41,799 nucleotides of DNA from Pseudomonadota bacterium (GTDB lineage: Bacteria > Pseudomonadota > Alphaproteobacteria > Micavibrionales > UBA2020): contig JACQAA010000013.1 in NCBI GenBank assembly GCA_016195185.1, positions 1 to 41,799 of the forward strand, in the 5' to 3' direction. Each line of letters begins with the position of its first letter. Position 1 is the stretch's first letter. The position numbers and the translations under genes are program-made. Below are positions 1 through 12,118 of the stretch, one piece after another. The notes under the pieces are model-generated. The model was not told the DNA's origin, made no database searches, and saw nothing but the letters and a program-made list of their open reading frames with translations.

Positions 1-1
1 C

Positions 2-2014
2 AAGACGACGACGACCGAGCGCATTCTGTACTATACCGGCAAGTCGCATAAAATCGGCGAAGTACATGATGGTGCCGCGACGATGGACTGGATGGAACAG
101 GAGCAGGAGCGCGGGATCACAATTACCTCTGCCGCAACGACATGCTTCTGGAACGACCATCGTATCAATATCATTGACACCCCGGGTCACGTCGACTTCA
201 CAATCGAAGTTGAGCGCTCTCTGCGCGTTCTGGATGGCGCCGTTACAGTCTTCGATGCTGTGGCGGGTGTTGAGCCCCAGTCCGAGACAGTGTGGCGTCA
301 GGCGGACAAGTATCATGTGCCACGGATCTGCTTCGTCAACAAGATGGATCGCATCGGCGCCAATTTCTACCGCACTGTCGACATGATCATTGATCGCTTA
401 GGGGCTGTTCCGCTGGTCATTCAGTTGCCGATCGGTACTGAGTCTGAACACATCGGTCTGGTGGACCTGTTGAAAATGAAAGCCATCGTCTGGAAAGACG
501 AAGCTCTCGGCGCTGAATTCTCTGAAATGGCCATACCGGCCGACATGCTGGAAAAAGCCAAGGAATACCGCACCAAGCTGGTTGAACTCGCTGTCGAGAT
601 GGATGACAAGGCGATGGGCGACTACCTGGAAGGCAGGGAACCCGATATCGCTACCCTCAAGAAGTGCATCCGCAAGGGCACTATTAACTACAAGTTCGTG
701 CCGATCCTCTGTGGTGCCGCTTTCAAGAATAAGGGCGTCCAGACGTTGCTGGACGCTGTCGTGGATTATCTCCCATCTCCTCTGGATATCGGCGCGGTCA
801 AGGGCACTCAGCCGGATGCTGAAGATATTGAATTGCTTCGGAAGCCTGGCGAGAAAGAGCCTTTTGCCGGTCTGGCCTTCAAGATCATGAACGATCCTTT
901 TGTGGGCAGCTTGACTTTCGTGCGGATTTATTCCGGCTCATTGGAGAGCGGTTCTTACGTCATTAACAGCGTGAAAGATAAAAAAGAGCGTGTTGGTCGT
1001 ATGCTGTTGATGCATGCGAACAACCGTGAAGAAATCAAATCCGCCTCGGCGGGGGATATTGTGGCGCTGGTCGGCATGAAAGACACCACCACCGGTGACA
1101 CGCTTTGCGATCCTGACAAACCCATCATCTTAGAAAGAATGACATTCCCCGAGCCAGTCATTATGATTGCCGTGGAGCCGAAGTCAAAAGCCGATCAAGA
1201 GAAGATGGGTGTCGCTCTGCACCGCTTGGCAGCGGAAGATCCCTCGTTGCGCGTTGCTGTTGACACTGAAAGTGGCCAGACCATCATTAAGGGGATGGGT
1301 GAACTGCACCTTGACATTATTGTCGACCGTATGAAGCGTGAGTTTAAAGTGGAAGCCAATATCGGCGCGCCGCAGGTTGCCTACCGTGAAACCATCACCA
1401 AAACTGGTGAAATCGATTACACACATAAAAAGCAGTCTGGTGGCTCAGGTCAGTATGCGCGCGTTCTGATCCGTTTTGAACCAGGAGAACCTGGTTCTGG
1501 CTTTATCTTTGAAGCGGACATCACCGGAGGTTCTGTGCCGAAGGAATTTATTCCCGGCGTTGAAAAAGGCATGGAAAACCAGAAGGAAACAGGCGTTATC
1601 GCCGGCTTCCCCTGCATCGACTTTAAAGCCGTCCTGTTTGATGGTGCGTACCACGACGTGGATTCGTCGGCGCTGGCCTTTGAAATCGCGGCGCGTGCTG
1701 CTTTCCGCGAGGGAATTCCAAAGTGCAAACCGGTGTTGCTGGAACCTGTCATGAAGGTGGAGGTCGTCACGCCGGAAGATTACATGGGTGACGTCATCGG
1801 TGACCTGAACAGCCGTCGTGGCCAGATCAACAGCATGGACAGTCGTGGCAATGCCCGCGTGATCACCGGCATGGTGCCGCTGGCGAACATGTTCGGCTAT
1901 ATAAACACTCTTCGCTCTATGAGTCAGGGGCGCGCGCAATACAGCATGGAGTTCGATCACTATGCTCAGGTGCCGCAGGCTGTGGCTGATGAAGTGAAAG
2001 CAAAACTAGCATAA
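2..2014 (+). CDS. fusA: Elongation factor G (5' end outside the window)
   Basis: Open frame from the window edge: [36 protein letters not shown]; directly upstream of tuf. Confidence 0.99.
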   Translation, partial: KTTTTERILYYTGKSHKIGEVHDGAATMDWMEQEQERGITITSAATTCFWNDHRINIIDTPGHVDFTIEVERSLRVLDGAVTVFDAVAGVEPQSETVWRQADKYHVPRICFVNKMDRIGANFYRTVDMIIDRLGAVPLVIQLPIGTESEHIGLVDLLKMKAIVWKDEALGAEFSEMAIPADMLEKAKEYRTKLVELAVEMDDKAMGDYLEGREPDIATLKKCIRKGTINYKFVPILCGAAFKNKGVQTLLDAVVDYLPSPLDIGAVKGTQPDAEDIELLRKPGEKEPFAGLAFKIMNDPFVGSLTFVRIYSGSLESGSYVINSVKDKKERVGRMLLMHANNREEIKSASAGDIVALVGMKDTTTGDTLCDPDKPIILERMTFPEPVIMIAVEPKSKADQEKMGVALHRLAAEDPSLRVAVDTESGQTIIKGMGELHLDIIVDRMKREFKVEANIGAPQVAYRETITKTGEIDYTHKKQSGGSGQYARVLIRFEPGEPGSGFIFEADITGGSVPKEFIPGVEKGMENQKETGVIAGFPCIDFKAVLFDGAYHDVDSSALAFEIAARAAFREGIPKCKPVLLEPVMKVEVVTPEDYMGDVIGDLNSRRGQINSMDSRGNARVITGMVPLANMFGYINTLRSMSQGRAQYSMEFDHYAQVPQAVADEVKAKLA

Positions 2015-2052
2015 TTAACCGCAATTAACTCTAAAAGAAGGAAGCGACTAAA

Positions 2053-3243
2053 ATGGCAAAAGGTAAATTTGAAAGAAACAAACCGCACGTTAACATTGGC
2101 ACCATCGGTCACGTCGATCATGGCAAAACCAGTCTGACAGCAGCGATCACCAAAATTTTGGCTGAATCGGGCAAGGCGCAATTCACCGCCTATGACCAGA
2201 TCGACAAAACACCGGAAGAGCGCGCGCGTGGTATAACAATTTCCACCGCTCACGTTGAGTATGAGACAGACAAACGCCACTACGCACACGTTGACTGCCC
2301 CGGCCATGCTGACTATGTGAAGAACATGATCACCGGCGCCGCGCAGATGGATGGTGCTATCCTGGTGGTGTCGGCCGCTGATGGCCCGATGCCTCAGACC
2401 CGCGAACATATTTTGCTCGCACGTCAGGTCGGCGTTCCAGCGATCGTTGTGTTCTTGAACAAATGCGACATGGTTGACGATGCGGAACTGCTGGATCTCG
2501 TGGAAATGGAAGTGCGTGAATTGCTCACGAAATACAAATTTCCCGGAGACAAAATCCCCTTCATCAGGGGTTCCGCTCTCTGCGCTCTCGAAGGCAAGAA
2601 CGAGAAGCTCGGCAAAGAAGCCATTCTTCAGCTCATGAACGCGGTTGATGATGCTATCCCAACCCCGACCCGTGTCAAGGACAAGCCGTTCCTGATGCCG
2701 GTAGAAGATGTGTTTTCCATCTCTGGCCGTGGTACGGTTGTCACGGGCCGTGTTGAACAGGGCGTCATCAAAGTTGGTGAAGAAGTTGAGATCGTTGGCA
2801 TTCGTCCCACGATTAAAACCATCGTTACCGGCGTTGAAATGTTCCGCAAGCTGCTTGATCAGGGTGAGGCCGGTGACAACATCGGTGCGCTGCTCCGTGG
2901 CACGAAACGCGAAGAAATCGAGCGTGGCCAGGTTCTGGCGGCCCCGGGCTCGATCAAGCCGCATACCAAGTTCAAGGCAGAAGCCTACGTTCTAACCAAG
3001 GATGAAGGTGGCCGTCATACACCATTCTTCACTAACTATCGTCCGCAGTTCTACTTCCGTACGACAGATGTGACGGGTGTTGTTCACCTGCCAGCGGGTG
3101 TCGAGATGGTGATGCCTGGTGACAATATCACCATGGACATCGAGCTGATCTGCCCGGTCGCCATGGACAAGGGTCTGCGTTTTGCGATCCGTGAAGGCGG
3201 TCGTACGGTCGGCGCCGGCGTTGTGGCTCAGATTGTAGAGTAA
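2053..3243 (+). CDS. tuf: Elongation factor Tu
   Basis: [27 protein letters not shown]; 396 aa. Confidence 0.99.
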   Translation: MAKGKFERNKPHVNIGTIGHVDHGKTSLTAAITKILAESGKAQFTAYDQIDKTPEERARGITISTAHVEYETDKRHYAHVDCPGHADYVKNMITGAAQMDGAILVVSAADGPMPQTREHILLARQVGVPAIVVFLNKCDMVDDAELLDLVEMEVRELLTKYKFPGDKIPFIRGSALCALEGKNEKLGKEAILQLMNAVDDAIPTPTRVKDKPFLMPVEDVFSISGRGTVVTGRVEQGVIKVGEEVEIVGIRPTIKTIVTGVEMFRKLLDQGEAGDNIGALLRGTKREEIERGQVLAAPGSIKPHTKFKAEAYVLTKDEGGRHTPFFTNYRPQFYFRTTDVTGVVHLPAGVEMVMPGDNITMDIELICPVAMDKGLRFAIREGGRTVGAGVVAQIVE

Positions 3244-3254
3244 CTGAATGCTTG

Positions 3255-3281
3255 CTCCCCTCTCCCGCAAGGGAGGGGGAG
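3255..3281 (+). repeat. GCAA-tetraloop GC-rich hairpin (REP-like) between tuf and rpsJ
   Basis: CTCCCCTCTCCC-GCAA-GGGAGGGGGAG; 11-bp stem with one bulge and no downstream U-tract. Confidence 0.6.
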
Positions 3282-3309
3282 AAGAAAGACAAAGAAGGAT
3301 ACTGGTAAA

Positions 3310-3618
3310 ATGGAATCTCAGGTTATTCGCGTCAGGTTGCGTGCCTATGATCATCGCGTTCTTGATCAGTCCACGAAGGAAATCGTGAACACGGCGAAAA
3401 GGACTGGTGCGCAGGTGCGTGGCCCCATCCCGCTGCCGACGCGGATTGAGAAGTTTTGCGTTTTGCGCTCTCCGCACGTGGACAAGAAGTCCCGTGAGCA
3501 ATTTGAGATGAGAACGCACAAGCGTTTACTGGATATCGTTGACCCCACCCCTCAGACGATCGATGCTTTGATGAAACTCGATCTGGCTGCCGGCGTGGAC
3601 GTCGAAATCAAGTTATAG
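3310..3618 (+). CDS. rpsJ: 30S ribosomal protein S10
   Basis: [34 protein letters not shown]. Confidence 0.99.
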   Translation: MESQVIRVRLRAYDHRVLDQSTKEIVNTAKRTGAQVRGPIPLPTRIEKFCVLRSPHVDKKSREQFEMRTHKRLLDIVDPTPQTIDALMKLDLAAGVDVEIKL

Positions 3619-3633
3619 GATAAGGACAATAAA

Positions 3634-4314
3634 ATGCGTACCGGTTTGATTGCAAAAAAACTTGGCATGTCCCGCGTCTTTGATGCGAACGGGAAGCATG
3701 TCCCTGTGACTGTTCTGAAGGTTGACGGCTGTCAGGTAACTGCCGTGCAGACGAAAGAAAAAAACGGTTACACCGCTGTCCAGCTGGGCGCTGGCAAGAA
3801 AAAAGTCAGCCGCATCAGCAAAGCGGAGCGTGGCCATTTTGCCAAGGCCAATGTGGAACCCAAGGCAAAAGTTGTTGAATTCCGCGTTGATGAAAAGAAT
3901 CTGCTGGAAGTAGGAGCCGAGCTTTGCGCCTCCCATTTTGTCGTGGGTCAGTATGTGGATGTGACGGGTGTCACCATCGGCCGTGGTTTTCAGGGCGCGA
4001 TGAAGCGCTGGAACTTCAGTGGTCTGCGCGCGACGCACGGCGTGTCCGTTTCTCACCGTTCTCCCGGTTCTACCGGTATGCGTCAGGATCCGGGCCGCGT
4101 TTTCAAAAACAAGAAAATGCCGGGCCATATGGGCGCAGCCTCCCGCACCATGGTCAACCTGCGTGTTGTCGCGATCGACGCCGAACATGGCTTGATCATG
4201 GTCAATGGTGCTGTACACGGTTACAAGGGTAGCTGGGTGACAGTAAAAGATGCGATGAAAAAAGCATTGCCGAAGGATGCGCCGAAACCGGCGGGTCTGA
4301 AAGCCAAGGCTTAA
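3634..4314 (+). CDS. rplC: 50S ribosomal protein L3
   Basis: [38 protein letters not shown]; operon position. Confidence 0.99.
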   Translation: MRTGLIAKKLGMSRVFDANGKHVPVTVLKVDGCQVTAVQTKEKNGYTAVQLGAGKKKVSRISKAERGHFAKANVEPKAKVVEFRVDEKNLLEVGAELCASHFVVGQYVDVTGVTIGRGFQGAMKRWNFSGLRATHGVSVSHRSPGSTGMRQDPGRVFKNKKMPGHMGAASRTMVNLRVVAIDAEHGLIMVNGAVHGYKGSWVTVKDAMKKALPKDAPKPAGLKAKA

Positions 4315-4328
4315 GGAAGGGATGAACC

Positions 4329-4946
4329 ATGAAGGTCGCCGTTAAAAGTTTGGATAATAAAAAAGTGGGTGATATTGACCTGAGCGAGGCCGTATTCGGC
4401 TTGAAGCCACGTGTCGATGTCCTGCACAGAATGGTCAACTGGCAGCTGGCAAAGCGCCGCTCCGGTAATCACAAAACCAAGGATATCAGCGAAGTGAGCG
4501 GCACCGGCAAAAAGCCTTTTGCTCAGAAGGGCACCGGTCGAGCCCGCGCGGGCTCCCTACGGAATGTGCATCATCGTGGTGGCGCCGTGATGTTTGGCCC
4601 GCATGTTCGCGACCATGCGATTGATATGCCAAAGAACTTTCGCAAGCTGGCTTTGCGCGTCGCGCTGTCTGCAAAACAGGCGGAGGGCAAGCTGATCGTG
4701 CTGGATGCGGCAAAGGCTAAATCCCACAAGACGAAGGATATGGCCAGGGCATTGTCTGACTTGGGTCTCATCTCGGCGCTGATTATTGATGAAGCCCTGG
4801 ATCAGAACTTTGTGCGCGCGGTTGGCAATATTCCAAACATGGATGTCCTGCCACAGAAGGGTATCAACGTGTATGATATTCTGCGCCGCGAGACACTGGT
4901 TTTGACCAAGGACGCAGTGGCACAACTGGAGGCAAGACTGGTATGA
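4329..4946 (+). CDS. rplD: 50S ribosomal protein L4
   Basis: QKGTGRARAGS, GGAVMFGP; operon position. Confidence 0.99.
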   Translation: MKVAVKSLDNKKVGDIDLSEAVFGLKPRVDVLHRMVNWQLAKRRSGNHKTKDISEVSGTGKKPFAQKGTGRARAGSLRNVHHRGGAVMFGPHVRDHAIDMPKNFRKLALRVALSAKQAEGKLIVLDAAKAKSHKTKDMARALSDLGLISALIIDEALDQNFVRAVGNIPNMDVLPQKGINVYDILRRETLVLTKDAVAQLEARLV

Positions 4947-5272
4947 AAAAAGCAGCCGTAAAGAAAAAAGACATCAAGGATGTCACTGAAACGCTATACG
5001 AGATGATCCGCTCTCCGGTAATTACTGAGAAGGCGACGATGGGTTCGCAGCATGGCCAGGTAACGTTCCGCGTGCCGCTGGATGCCAGCAAGACCATCAT
5101 TAAGGACGCCGTTCAGAGCGTGTTCAAAGTGAAAGTCGTGAATGTGAACACATCCACGCACAAAGGAAAAATGAAAGTCTTCAAGGGCCGCAGGGCTTTG
5201 AGAGGCGACACCAAGAAAGCAATCGTCACTCTGGCTGAGGGCCAGACGATTGACGTGGCAACGGGAGTTTAA
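4943..5272 (+). CDS. rplW: 50S ribosomal protein L23
   Basis: [29 protein letters not shown]. Confidence 0.98.
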   Translation: MKKAAVKKKDIKDVTETLYEMIRSPVITEKATMGSQHGQVTFRVPLDASKTIIKDAVQSVFKVKVVNVNTSTHKGKMKVFKGRRALRGDTKKAIVTLAEGQTIDVATGV

Positions 5273-5277
5273 GCATC

Positions 5278-6126
5278 ATGGCATTAAAATCATATCGCCC
5301 GACATCTCCAGGCCTTCGTCAGATGGTTCGCGTTGACCGCAGTGAACTGTGGAAGGGCAGGCCGGAAAAATCTCTGATTGATGGCAAGCATCACAGTGCC
5401 AATGGCCGCAACAACAAAGGTCAGGTTACTGCGTGGCATCGTGGCGGTGGGCACAAGCAAAGATACCGCATCATTGATTTCAAGCGTAATAAGTTCGATA
5501 TCGAAGCGGTGGTCGAGCGCCTGGAATACGATCCGAACCGGTCGGCCTGGATTGCGCTGATCAAGTACAAAGATGGTGAGTTGGCCTATATTCTGGCGCC
5601 GCAGCGGCTGGCTGCTGGCGACAAGATCATTGCTGGCGAGAAAGTCGATATTCTGCCTGGCAACGCGATGCCGATCAAAAATATCCCGGTTGGTACGCTG
5701 GTACATAACCTCGAGCTGACCCCAGGCAAGGGCGGGCAGCTGGCGCGCTCCGCCGGTACGTTCGTGCAAATCGTCGGTCGTGACGCGGGTTATACCCAGA
5801 TCAAGCTGACCTCCGGTGAGTTGCGCGTGGTACGTGGCGACTGCATGGCAACGGTAGGCGCCCTCTCGAACGCCGATCATATCAACGTGCAGATTGGCAA
5901 GGCCGGTCGCCAGCGCTGGCTGGGCTGGAGACCGCACAACCGTGGTGTTGTGATGAACCCGATTGATCATCCGCATGGTGGTGGTGAAGGCAAAAGTTCT
6001 GGTGGTCGTCACCCTGTGACGCCGTGGGGCAAGCCAACCAAGGGCGCGAAGACGCGTAAAAACAAATCGACAGACAAGTATATCTTGCGCCGCCGCAAGA
6101 ATAAGCGTCTGGCTCAAGGTCAATAA
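5278..6126 (+). CDS. rplB: 50S ribosomal protein L2
   Basis: [36 protein letters not shown]. Confidence 0.99.
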   Translation: MALKSYRPTSPGLRQMVRVDRSELWKGRPEKSLIDGKHHSANGRNNKGQVTAWHRGGGHKQRYRIIDFKRNKFDIEAVVERLEYDPNRSAWIALIKYKDGELAYILAPQRLAAGDKIIAGEKVDILPGNAMPIKNIPVGTLVHNLELTPGKGGQLARSAGTFVQIVGRDAGYTQIKLTSGELRVVRGDCMATVGALSNADHINVQIGKAGRQRWLGWRPHNRGVVMNPIDHPHGGGEGKSSGGRHPVTPWGKPTKGAKTRKNKSTDKYILRRRKNKRLAQGQ

Positions 6127-6138
6127 AGGAGAGAGATC

Positions 6139-6335
6139 GTGGCACGTTCCGTAAAAAAAGGCCCGTTTATAGATGGCTACCTGCTGAAGAAGGCCGATAA
6201 GGTCAGAAGTTTATTCCGGTGATGGTCACGGATAACATGGTCGGTCACAAGCTGGGTGAGTTTTCACCGACGCGTCAGTTTGTCGCGCATACGGCTGCGG
6301 GGGCAGACAAGACCGCGAAAGCGAAGGAAGGCTAA
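6139..6335 (+). pseudogene. rpsS: 30S ribosomal protein S19, split by an internal deletion with frameshift (probably an assembly artefact)
   Basis: GTG at 6139 after AGGAG encodes [22 protein letters not shown] and stops at 6222. Another frame from 6201 encodes [25 protein letters not shown]...* (6335). The central TWSRRS-containing segment is absent. Confidence 0.93.
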
Positions 6336-6337
6336 TC

Positions 6338-6799
6338 ATGTCAAAATCAGCAAATAAGCCGCGGCATGCGGAAAACGAAGCACTGGCAAAGGCTCGTTTT
6401 ATCAAAGGGAGTGAGCGCAAGCTGAACCTGCTGGCTCAGTTGATCCGTGGCAAAGCTGTGGCGCGTGCACTGGTTGATCTGGAATTTTCGCACAAGCGGA
6501 TGGCCGGTGAAGTGAAGAAAGTTTTGGAATCGGCGATTGCCAACGCGGAGAATAACCATAATCTGGATGTTGACCGCTTGGTGGTGAGAGAGGCAACGGT
6601 TGGCCGCACTATGACACTGAAGCGCTTTCACGCGCGCGGCCGTGGCAGATCCGCGGGAGTTGAAAAGCCTTTTGCAAACATTACGATCATCGTGAGCGAG
6701 AGAAGCGCAACGGCAGGCAAAAAAGACTCTAAAAAGACGGTCAAAAAGGGTTTTTCTCACAACAAGGCGGCAGAAGCCAAAACAAAAGCGAAGGCTTAA
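6338..6799 (+). CDS. rplV: 50S ribosomal protein L22, with Lys-rich C-terminal tail
   Basis: [35 protein letters not shown]. Confidence 0.98.
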   Translation: MSKSANKPRHAENEALAKARFIKGSERKLNLLAQLIRGKAVARALVDLEFSHKRMAGEVKKVLESAIANAENNHNLDVDRLVVREATVGRTMTLKRFHARGRGRSAGVEKPFANITIIVSERSATAGKKDSKKTVKKGFSHNKAAEAKTKAKA

Positions 6800-6824
6800 G
6801 CAAGAAAGGTTTTAGGAGTACAGT

Positions 6825-7508
6825 ATGGGTCAAAAAATTAACCCGATATCGTTGAGACTGGGCATCAACCGCACATGGGATAGCCGCTGGTATGCAGGCA
6901 AAGACTATGCGGCCAAATTGCTGCAGGACATCAAGCTGCGCGCACATGTTTTTGAGGTGATGAAGCAGGCGGGTGTAGCGAGGGTTGTTATTGAGCGCGC
7001 GGCGAATAAAACCGCCGTGACGATTCACACCGCCCGTCCCGGTGTCATCATCGGCAAGAAGGGTTCTGATATTGAGAAGCTTCGCAAGGAGCTGTCCAAA
7101 TTTACGGGCGGCGAGGTGACGTTGAATATCGTCGAAATTCGTAAGCCAGAAATGGATGCACAGCTGGTCGCTGACGGTGTAGCACAACAGCTGGAGCGTC
7201 GTGTCTCTTTCCGTCGCGCCATGAAGCGTGCAGTTCAGTCCGCGCTGCGCTTGGGTGCCGGCGGTATCCGTATCACCTGCTCTGGTCGTTTGGCTGGCTC
7301 CGAAATCGCGCGCCGTGAGTGGTATCGCGAAGGCCGTGTGCCATTGCATACGTTGCGGGCAGATATCGATTACGCTGTTGCGCGGGCGGCGACAACCTAC
7401 GGAATTATCGGTGTCAAGATCTGGATTTTCAAAGGTGAAATTCTGGCACATGACCCGCAAGCACATGATAAGCGTTTGATGGATCAACAACCAGCGCGCG
7501 CCAGCTAA
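6825..7508 (+). CDS. rpsC: 30S ribosomal protein S3
   Basis: [39 protein letters not shown]. Confidence 0.99.
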   Translation: MGQKINPISLRLGINRTWDSRWYAGKDYAAKLLQDIKLRAHVFEVMKQAGVARVVIERAANKTAVTIHTARPGVIIGKKGSDIEKLRKELSKFTGGEVTLNIVEIRKPEMDAQLVADGVAQQLERRVSFRRAMKRAVQSALRLGAGGIRITCSGRLAGSEIARREWYREGRVPLHTLRADIDYAVARAATTYGIIGVKIWIFKGEILAHDPQAHDKRLMDQQPARAS

Positions 7509-7540
7509 GGAAGTTTTGAAGAGGAAAAGGAAGCACGACC

Positions 7541-7948
7541 ATGATGTCTCCAAAGAAAATGAAGTTTCGCAAGGCGCATAAGGGCCGTATCCATGGGGCT
7601 GCAACCTCTGGCACATACCTGGCCTATGGCTCCTTTGGTTTGAAGGCGATGTCGCCCGAGCGTATTACGGCACGCCAGATCGAAGCGGCACGCCGTGCGA
7701 TCAGTCGTTGCATCAAGCGTCAGGGCCGCCTCTGGATCCGTATTTTCCCGGATGTGCCGGTCTCCAAGAAGCCGCTTGAAGTGCGGATGGGGAGCGGCAA
7801 GGGGTCGCCGGAGTTTTATGTGAGCCGTGTGAAGCCCGGAAAAATCATGTTTGAACTGGACGGTGTACCCCGTGAAGTAGCTGAAGAGGCGTTTTCTCTG
7901 GCCTCTGCCAAGCTGCCGATCAAAGTGCGTTTTGTGTCCCGCGATTAA
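7541..7948 (+). CDS. rplP: 50S ribosomal protein L16
   Basis: [29 protein letters not shown]. Confidence 0.99.
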   Translation: MMSPKKMKFRKAHKGRIHGAATSGTYLAYGSFGLKAMSPERITARQIEAARRAISRCIKRQGRLWIRIFPDVPVSKKPLEVRMGSGKGSPEFYVSRVKPGKIMFELDGVPREVAEEAFSLASAKLPIKVRFVSRD

Positions 7949-7959
7949 GGTAGAAGAAA

Positions 7960-8217
7960 ATGAAAACCGCAGATTTAAGAGCAAAAACCGCAGACGAATT
8001 AAAGCAGACCCTGCTTGACTTGCGTAAAGAGCAGTTCAACTTCCGGTTCCAAAAGGCAACCGGCAAGGTTGATGATACCTCGCGCATCCGCCTTGTCCGC
8101 CGTGACATCGCGAAAATCAAGACGCTGCTGAATGAACTGAAATCCGGTAAAAAACCGGTCGTTAAAACCGCTAAAAAGGTGGCCAAGATCGTAAAAGCTA
8201 CCAAAAAGAAAGCTTAA
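7960..8217 (+). CDS. rpmC: 50S ribosomal protein L29, with Lys-rich tail
   Basis: LRKEQFNFRFQKATG, IRLVRRDIAKIKT. Confidence 0.97.
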   Translation: MKTADLRAKTADELKQTLLDLRKEQFNFRFQKATGKVDDTSRIRLVRRDIAKIKTLLNELKSGKKPVVKTAKKVAKIVKATKKKA

Positions 8218-8230
8218 GGAGTAAGTTAAG

Positions 8231-8602
8231 ATGCCGCGTCGTGTACTGGAAGGCAAAGTCGTCAGTGATAAATGTGACAAGACCGTCACGGTCATCGTTG
8301 AGCGCCGTGTGAGAGATGCCAACTACGGCAAGATCATCCGCCGTTCGGAGAAGTATGCTGCTCATGATGAAGGCAATGCCTGGAAAATCGGTGATAAGGT
8401 GCGCATTGAAGAGTGCCGTCCGCTGTCCAAATCTAAAAGATGGCGCGTGATTAGCGGTGAGGCATCGGGTGAAAGCCGTGCGAAGACGGTTGATGATCTC
8501 AATCACGGAAAGGTATCCGTGAAGAAGGTCATTGCGGAGCCGACGGTGGCGAAAAAAGAAGCAAAAGCAGAGAAAAAACCTGCTGCGAAAAAAGATAAGT
8601 AG
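8231..8602 (+). CDS. rpsQ: 30S ribosomal protein S17, with C-terminal extension
   Basis: [34 protein letters not shown]. Confidence 0.98.
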   Translation: MPRRVLEGKVVSDKCDKTVTVIVERRVRDANYGKIIRRSEKYAAHDEGNAWKIGDKVRIEECRPLSKSKRWRVISGEASGESRAKTVDDLNHGKVSVKKVIAEPTVAKKEAKAEKKPAAKKDK

Positions 8603-8625
8603 TTTGTACAGGAAGGGCTAAACAA

Positions 8626-8994
8626 ATGATACAGATGCAATCTAATCTGGATGTTGCCGACAACAGCGGAGCGCGCCGTGTCCAGTGCATCAAGGTGCTG
8701 GGTGGTTCACATAGAAGAACGGCTGGTATCGGCGATGTGATTGTTGTTTCCGTGAAGGATGCCATTCCTCGGGGTCGTGTCAAGAAAGGCACTGTACATA
8801 AAGCGGTGATTGTCCGCACCTCCACTGCGCTGAAGCGCGATGATGGCACAAGCATCCGCTTTGACCGTAACGCCGCTGTATTGATTAATCCAGCCGGAGA
8901 GCCTGTGGGTACCCGTATTTTTGGACCTGTAACGCGCGAATTGCGCTCTAAGAATTTCATGAAAATTATCTCGCTTGCGCCGGAGGTGCTGTAA
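8626..8994 (+). CDS. rplN: 50S ribosomal protein L14
   Basis: [33 protein letters not shown]. Confidence 0.99.
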   Translation: MIQMQSNLDVADNSGARRVQCIKVLGGSHRRTAGIGDVIVVSVKDAIPRGRVKKGTVHKAVIVRTSTALKRDDGTSIRFDRNAAVLINPAGEPVGTRIFGPVTRELRSKNFMKIISLAPEVL

Positions 8995-9308
8995 TGGTTA
9001 AGCTCAAAATTAAAAAGGGTGACAAGGTCATTGTCCTGACGGGTAGCGATAAAGGTAAAAGTGGTGAAGTGAAACACGTCAACCCTACTGATTCCAAAAT
9101 CACGGTACAGGGGGTTAATGTGCAGACCAAGCACCGCAAGCCATCGCAGGCCGGCCCTGGCGGTCTTGATAAAATTGAGGCGCCAATTCACATTTCTAAT
9201 GTTGCGCTGGTTGACCCCAAGACGGGCAAGTCAACTCGTATTGGTTATAAAACTGTCGGTGATCGCAAGGTGCGCGTTGCAAAGCGCTCCGGCGAACAGA
9301 TTGAATAG
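8994..9308 (+). CDS. rplX: 50S ribosomal protein L24
   Basis: KOW motif IKKGDKVIVLTGSDKGKSG; EAPIHISNV. Confidence 0.99.
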   Translation: MVKLKIKKGDKVIVLTGSDKGKSGEVKHVNPTDSKITVQGVNVQTKHRKPSQAGPGGLDKIEAPIHISNVALVDPKTGKSTRIGYKTVGDRKVRVAKRSGEQIE

Positions 9309-9317
9309 AGGTAAATC

Positions 9318-9863
9318 ATGGTAGCGCGTCTTAAAAAAGAATACTTGGAAAAAATCAAACCTGCGATGAAGCAGCAGTTTGGCTTCAAGAACGACATGCA
9401 GATTCCGCGTCTGGACAAGATCGTCATCAACATGGGTGTTGGTGAAAACGCATCCGACAGCAAGAAGATCCAGGGTGCGATTGCGGATATGACCTTAATC
9501 TCTGGCCAGAAGCCGGTGGTAGCCCGCTCTCGTAAGTCCATCGCTGCCTTCAAGCTGCGCGAGAACATCCCGATCGGCTGCAAGGTGACACTGCGCGGTG
9601 AGCGCATGTATGAGTTTCTGGATCGCCTGATCACGATTGCGATGCCGCGTATTCGTGACTTTCGTGGTGTTTCTGACAAGAGTTTTGATGGCAATGGCAA
9701 CTATGCCATGGGCATCAAGGAACAAATTATTTTCCCTGAAATCACATTCGACAAGGTCGATACGATTCGCGGGATGGATATCATAATTTGCACCACAGCT
9801 AAAACAGATGAGCAGGCAAAAGCTTTGCTGAAGGCATTCAAGATGCCTTTCAGAAAACAATAG
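9318..9863 (+). CDS. rplE: 50S ribosomal protein L5
   Basis: [34 protein letters not shown]. Confidence 0.99.
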   Translation: MVARLKKEYLEKIKPAMKQQFGFKNDMQIPRLDKIVINMGVGENASDSKKIQGAIADMTLISGQKPVVARSRKSIAAFKLRENIPIGCKVTLRGERMYEFLDRLITIAMPRIRDFRGVSDKSFDGNGNYAMGIKEQIIFPEITFDKVDTIRGMDIIICTTAKTDEQAKALLKAFKMPFRKQ

Positions 9864-9881
9864 TCGGAGGAATGTTCAACA

Positions 9882-10187
9882 ATGGCTAAATTAAGCTCTA
9901 TTGAGAAAAATAACCGCCGTAAAAGAATGGTAAAGAAATTTGCCAGCCGGTGGGCGAGGCTGAAAGAGATCGCCAATGACAGCAAACGTCCGGCGGACGA
10001 GCGTTTCGCTGCGCGCCTCAAGATGGCGACACTGCCGCGCAATTCGCATCCGACAAGAGTGCGTAATCGCTGCGCGCTCACGGGTCGTGCACGTGGTAAC
10101 TACAGAAAATTCGGCATTTCCCGCCTGATGTTCCGGGATCTGGCCTCCAGGGGAATGATCCCTGGTGTCACGAAATCAAGCTGGTAA
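9882..10187 (+). CDS. rpsN: 30S ribosomal protein S14 (long, non-zinc form)
   Basis: [28 protein letters not shown]; 101 aa. Confidence 0.99.
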   Translation: MAKLSSIEKNNRRKRMVKKFASRWARLKEIANDSKRPADERFAARLKMATLPRNSHPTRVRNRCALTGRARGNYRKFGISRLMFRDLASRGMIPGVTKSSW

Positions 10188-10207
10188 GAGGAAGGGAGTA
10201 ATATTAC

Positions 10208-10603
10208 ATGGTCAATGATCCTCTTGGAGATTTGCTGACGCGCATCAGAAACGGCCAGTCGGCGAGACTGTCGGCTGTTTCGAGCCCCGCTTCCAAGCAC
10301 CGTATCAACGTGCTGGACGTGCTCAAGCGCGAGGGCTACATCCGCGACTATAACGTTAGCAAAAAAGACAATGGTTCGGCTGAGTTGAGCGTTGAGCTCA
10401 AATATTCAGAGGGCCAGCCGGTGATCCGAGAAATCTCCCGCATTTCCAGGCCGGGACGTCGGGTATATTCAAAGGTAGCGGAAGTTCCGCGTTTTTATAA
10501 TGGTCTTGGCATCTCAATCCTGTCCACACCGCGTGGCGTTCTCTCTGATAAGGAGGCGCGTGAAGCGAATGTGGGGGGCGAGCTGCTCTGCCGTGTGTTC
10601 TAA
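10208..10603 (+). CDS. rpsH: 30S ribosomal protein S8
   Basis: DPLGDLLTRIRNG, SRPGRRVY, GLGISILSTPRG, VGGELLC. Confidence 0.99.
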   Translation: MVNDPLGDLLTRIRNGQSARLSAVSSPASKHRINVLDVLKREGYIRDYNVSKKDNGSAELSVELKYSEGQPVIREISRISRPGRRVYSKVAEVPRFYNGLGISILSTPRGVLSDKEAREANVGGELLCRVF

Positions 10604-10620
10604 TTGCAAGGTATATTACA

Positions 10621-11154
10621 ATGTCCAGAATTGCCAAACATCCGATTAAGATCCCTGCCGGGGTAGATATCAAGGTCAACGGCAAGACTCTTGTCGTGAA
10701 AGGGAAAAAGGGTGAACTCACCCTCTCTCTCGTTGACGATATTTCTGCTGTTGTCAAAGATGGCGGGGTTACCTTGAAACCATTGTCGACAGCGCGTCAG
10801 GCGATGAACATGTGGGGTACCACCGCGTCAAACATCCGCAACATGATCAAGGGCGTGACCGAAGGCTACAGCGAGAGGCTGTTGATCGAGGGGGTGGGTT
10901 TCCGCGCTGCACTTAAAGGTAAGGATTTAGTACTCCAGATCGGTTTCAGCCACGAAGTTGACTATAAAACGCCTCAGGGCATTGAAATCAAAGTGCCGAA
11001 GCAGACTGAAATCGAAATTTTCGGTATCGACAAACAAAAGGTGGGTCAGGTTACGGCCGAGATCTATTCATTGAAACCGCCCGAGCCGTATAAGGGCAAG
11101 GGCATTAGGTACGAAGGACAGCATGTCCGTCGTAAAGAAGGCAAGAAGAAGTAA
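10621..11154 (+). CDS. rplF: 50S ribosomal protein L6
   Basis: [33 protein letters not shown]. Confidence 0.99.
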   Translation: MSRIAKHPIKIPAGVDIKVNGKTLVVKGKKGELTLSLVDDISAVVKDGGVTLKPLSTARQAMNMWGTTASNIRNMIKGVTEGYSERLLIEGVGFRAALKGKDLVLQIGFSHEVDYKTPQGIEIKVPKQTEIEIFGIDKQKVGQVTAEIYSLKPPEPYKGKGIRYEGQHVRRKEGKKK

Positions 11155-11165
11155 CAGGGGCCAAC

Positions 11166-11531
11166 ATGAGTAAAGTAGCAGCTAAACAGCGCCGCCAGTG
11201 GCGGGTTCGCAAGGTCCTGAAAAAGGCCGCTGAGAAGAATGAACGTCCGCGCTTGACTGTGCATCGTTCGGCGAATCACATTTATGCGCAGGTGATCAAT
11301 GATGCAACGGGCGCGACCCTGGCAGCCGCCTCCACAGTGGATACTGATCTGAAGAAAAAGTTGAAAAGCACCTCTAATAAAGACGCTGCTCAGGTGGTTG
11401 GCAAGCTGGTTGCCGAGCGCGCCAAACAGGCAGGTGTTGAGAAAGTCGCATTTGACCGCGGCTCCTATATGTACCACGGACGCGTCAAAGCTCTGGCAGA
11501 AGCGGCGCGTGAAGCTGGCTTATCATTCTAA
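11166..11531 (+). CDS. rplR: 50S ribosomal protein L18
   Basis: [39 protein letters not shown]. Confidence 0.99.
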   Translation: MSKVAAKQRRQWRVRKVLKKAAEKNERPRLTVHRSANHIYAQVINDATGATLAAASTVDTDLKKKLKSTSNKDAAQVVGKLVAERAKQAGVEKVAFDRGSYMYHGRVKALAEAAREAGLSF

Positions 11532-11545
11532 AGGAAAAAAAGACA

Positions 11546-12118
11546 ATGGCGAAACCTGAGAAATCAACGAGAGAACATAAGGGTAAAGACCGGGAGAGCG
11601 AAGGCGGAGAACTCGTCGAACGCCTGGTCGCGGTCAACCGTGTTGCGAAAGTAGTCAAGGGGGGGCGGCGTTTCGGCTTCGCCGCCCTGGTTGTGGTTGG
11701 TGATGGCCGTGGCCGTATCGGTATCGGCAAAGGTAAGTCACGAGAAGTGCCTGAGGCGATCAAGAAAGCGACTGAGGAGGCAAAGCGTAAATTGGTGCGT
11801 GTTTCTTTGCGTGAAGGTCGTACCTTGCACCATGACATTGAGGCCCGCTTTGGCGCTGGTCATGTGCGTTTGCGTGCGGCGGCCCCCGGTACTGGTATTA
11901 TCGCCGGCGGCCCGCTCCGTGCTGTGTTCGAGGTTCTGGGTGTTCAGGATGTGGTGGCAAAATCGTTGGGCTCTTCTAACCCTTATAACATGGTGAAGGC
12001 CGCGTTGACGGCGTTCTCGGTCATGGAAAGCCCGCGCATGGTAGCGGGCCGTCGTGGTCGCCGCGTCAATGAGATTTTGGGCCGCAAAGGTGATGCGAAG
12101 GAGAAGTCCGATGGCTGA
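11546..12118 (+). CDS. rpsE: 30S ribosomal protein S5
   Basis: [32 protein letters not shown]. Confidence 0.99.
   Translation: MAKPEKSTREHKGKDRESEGGELVERLVAVNRVAKVVKGGRRFGFAALVVVGDGRGRIGIGKGKSREVPEAIKKATEEAKRKLVRVSLREGRTLHHDIEARFGAGHVRLRAAAPGTGIIAGGPLRAVFEVLGVQDVVAKSLGSSNPYNMVKAALTAFSVMESPRMVAGRRGRRVNEILGRKGDAKEKSDG

Noticed and set aside
6195-6225. Programmed frameshifting or translational bypassing as an explanation for split rpsS (and for cckA and hutF)
   Set aside because: Recoding skips extra sequence, whereas here conserved coding sequence is missing; no slippery site is evident at the junctions
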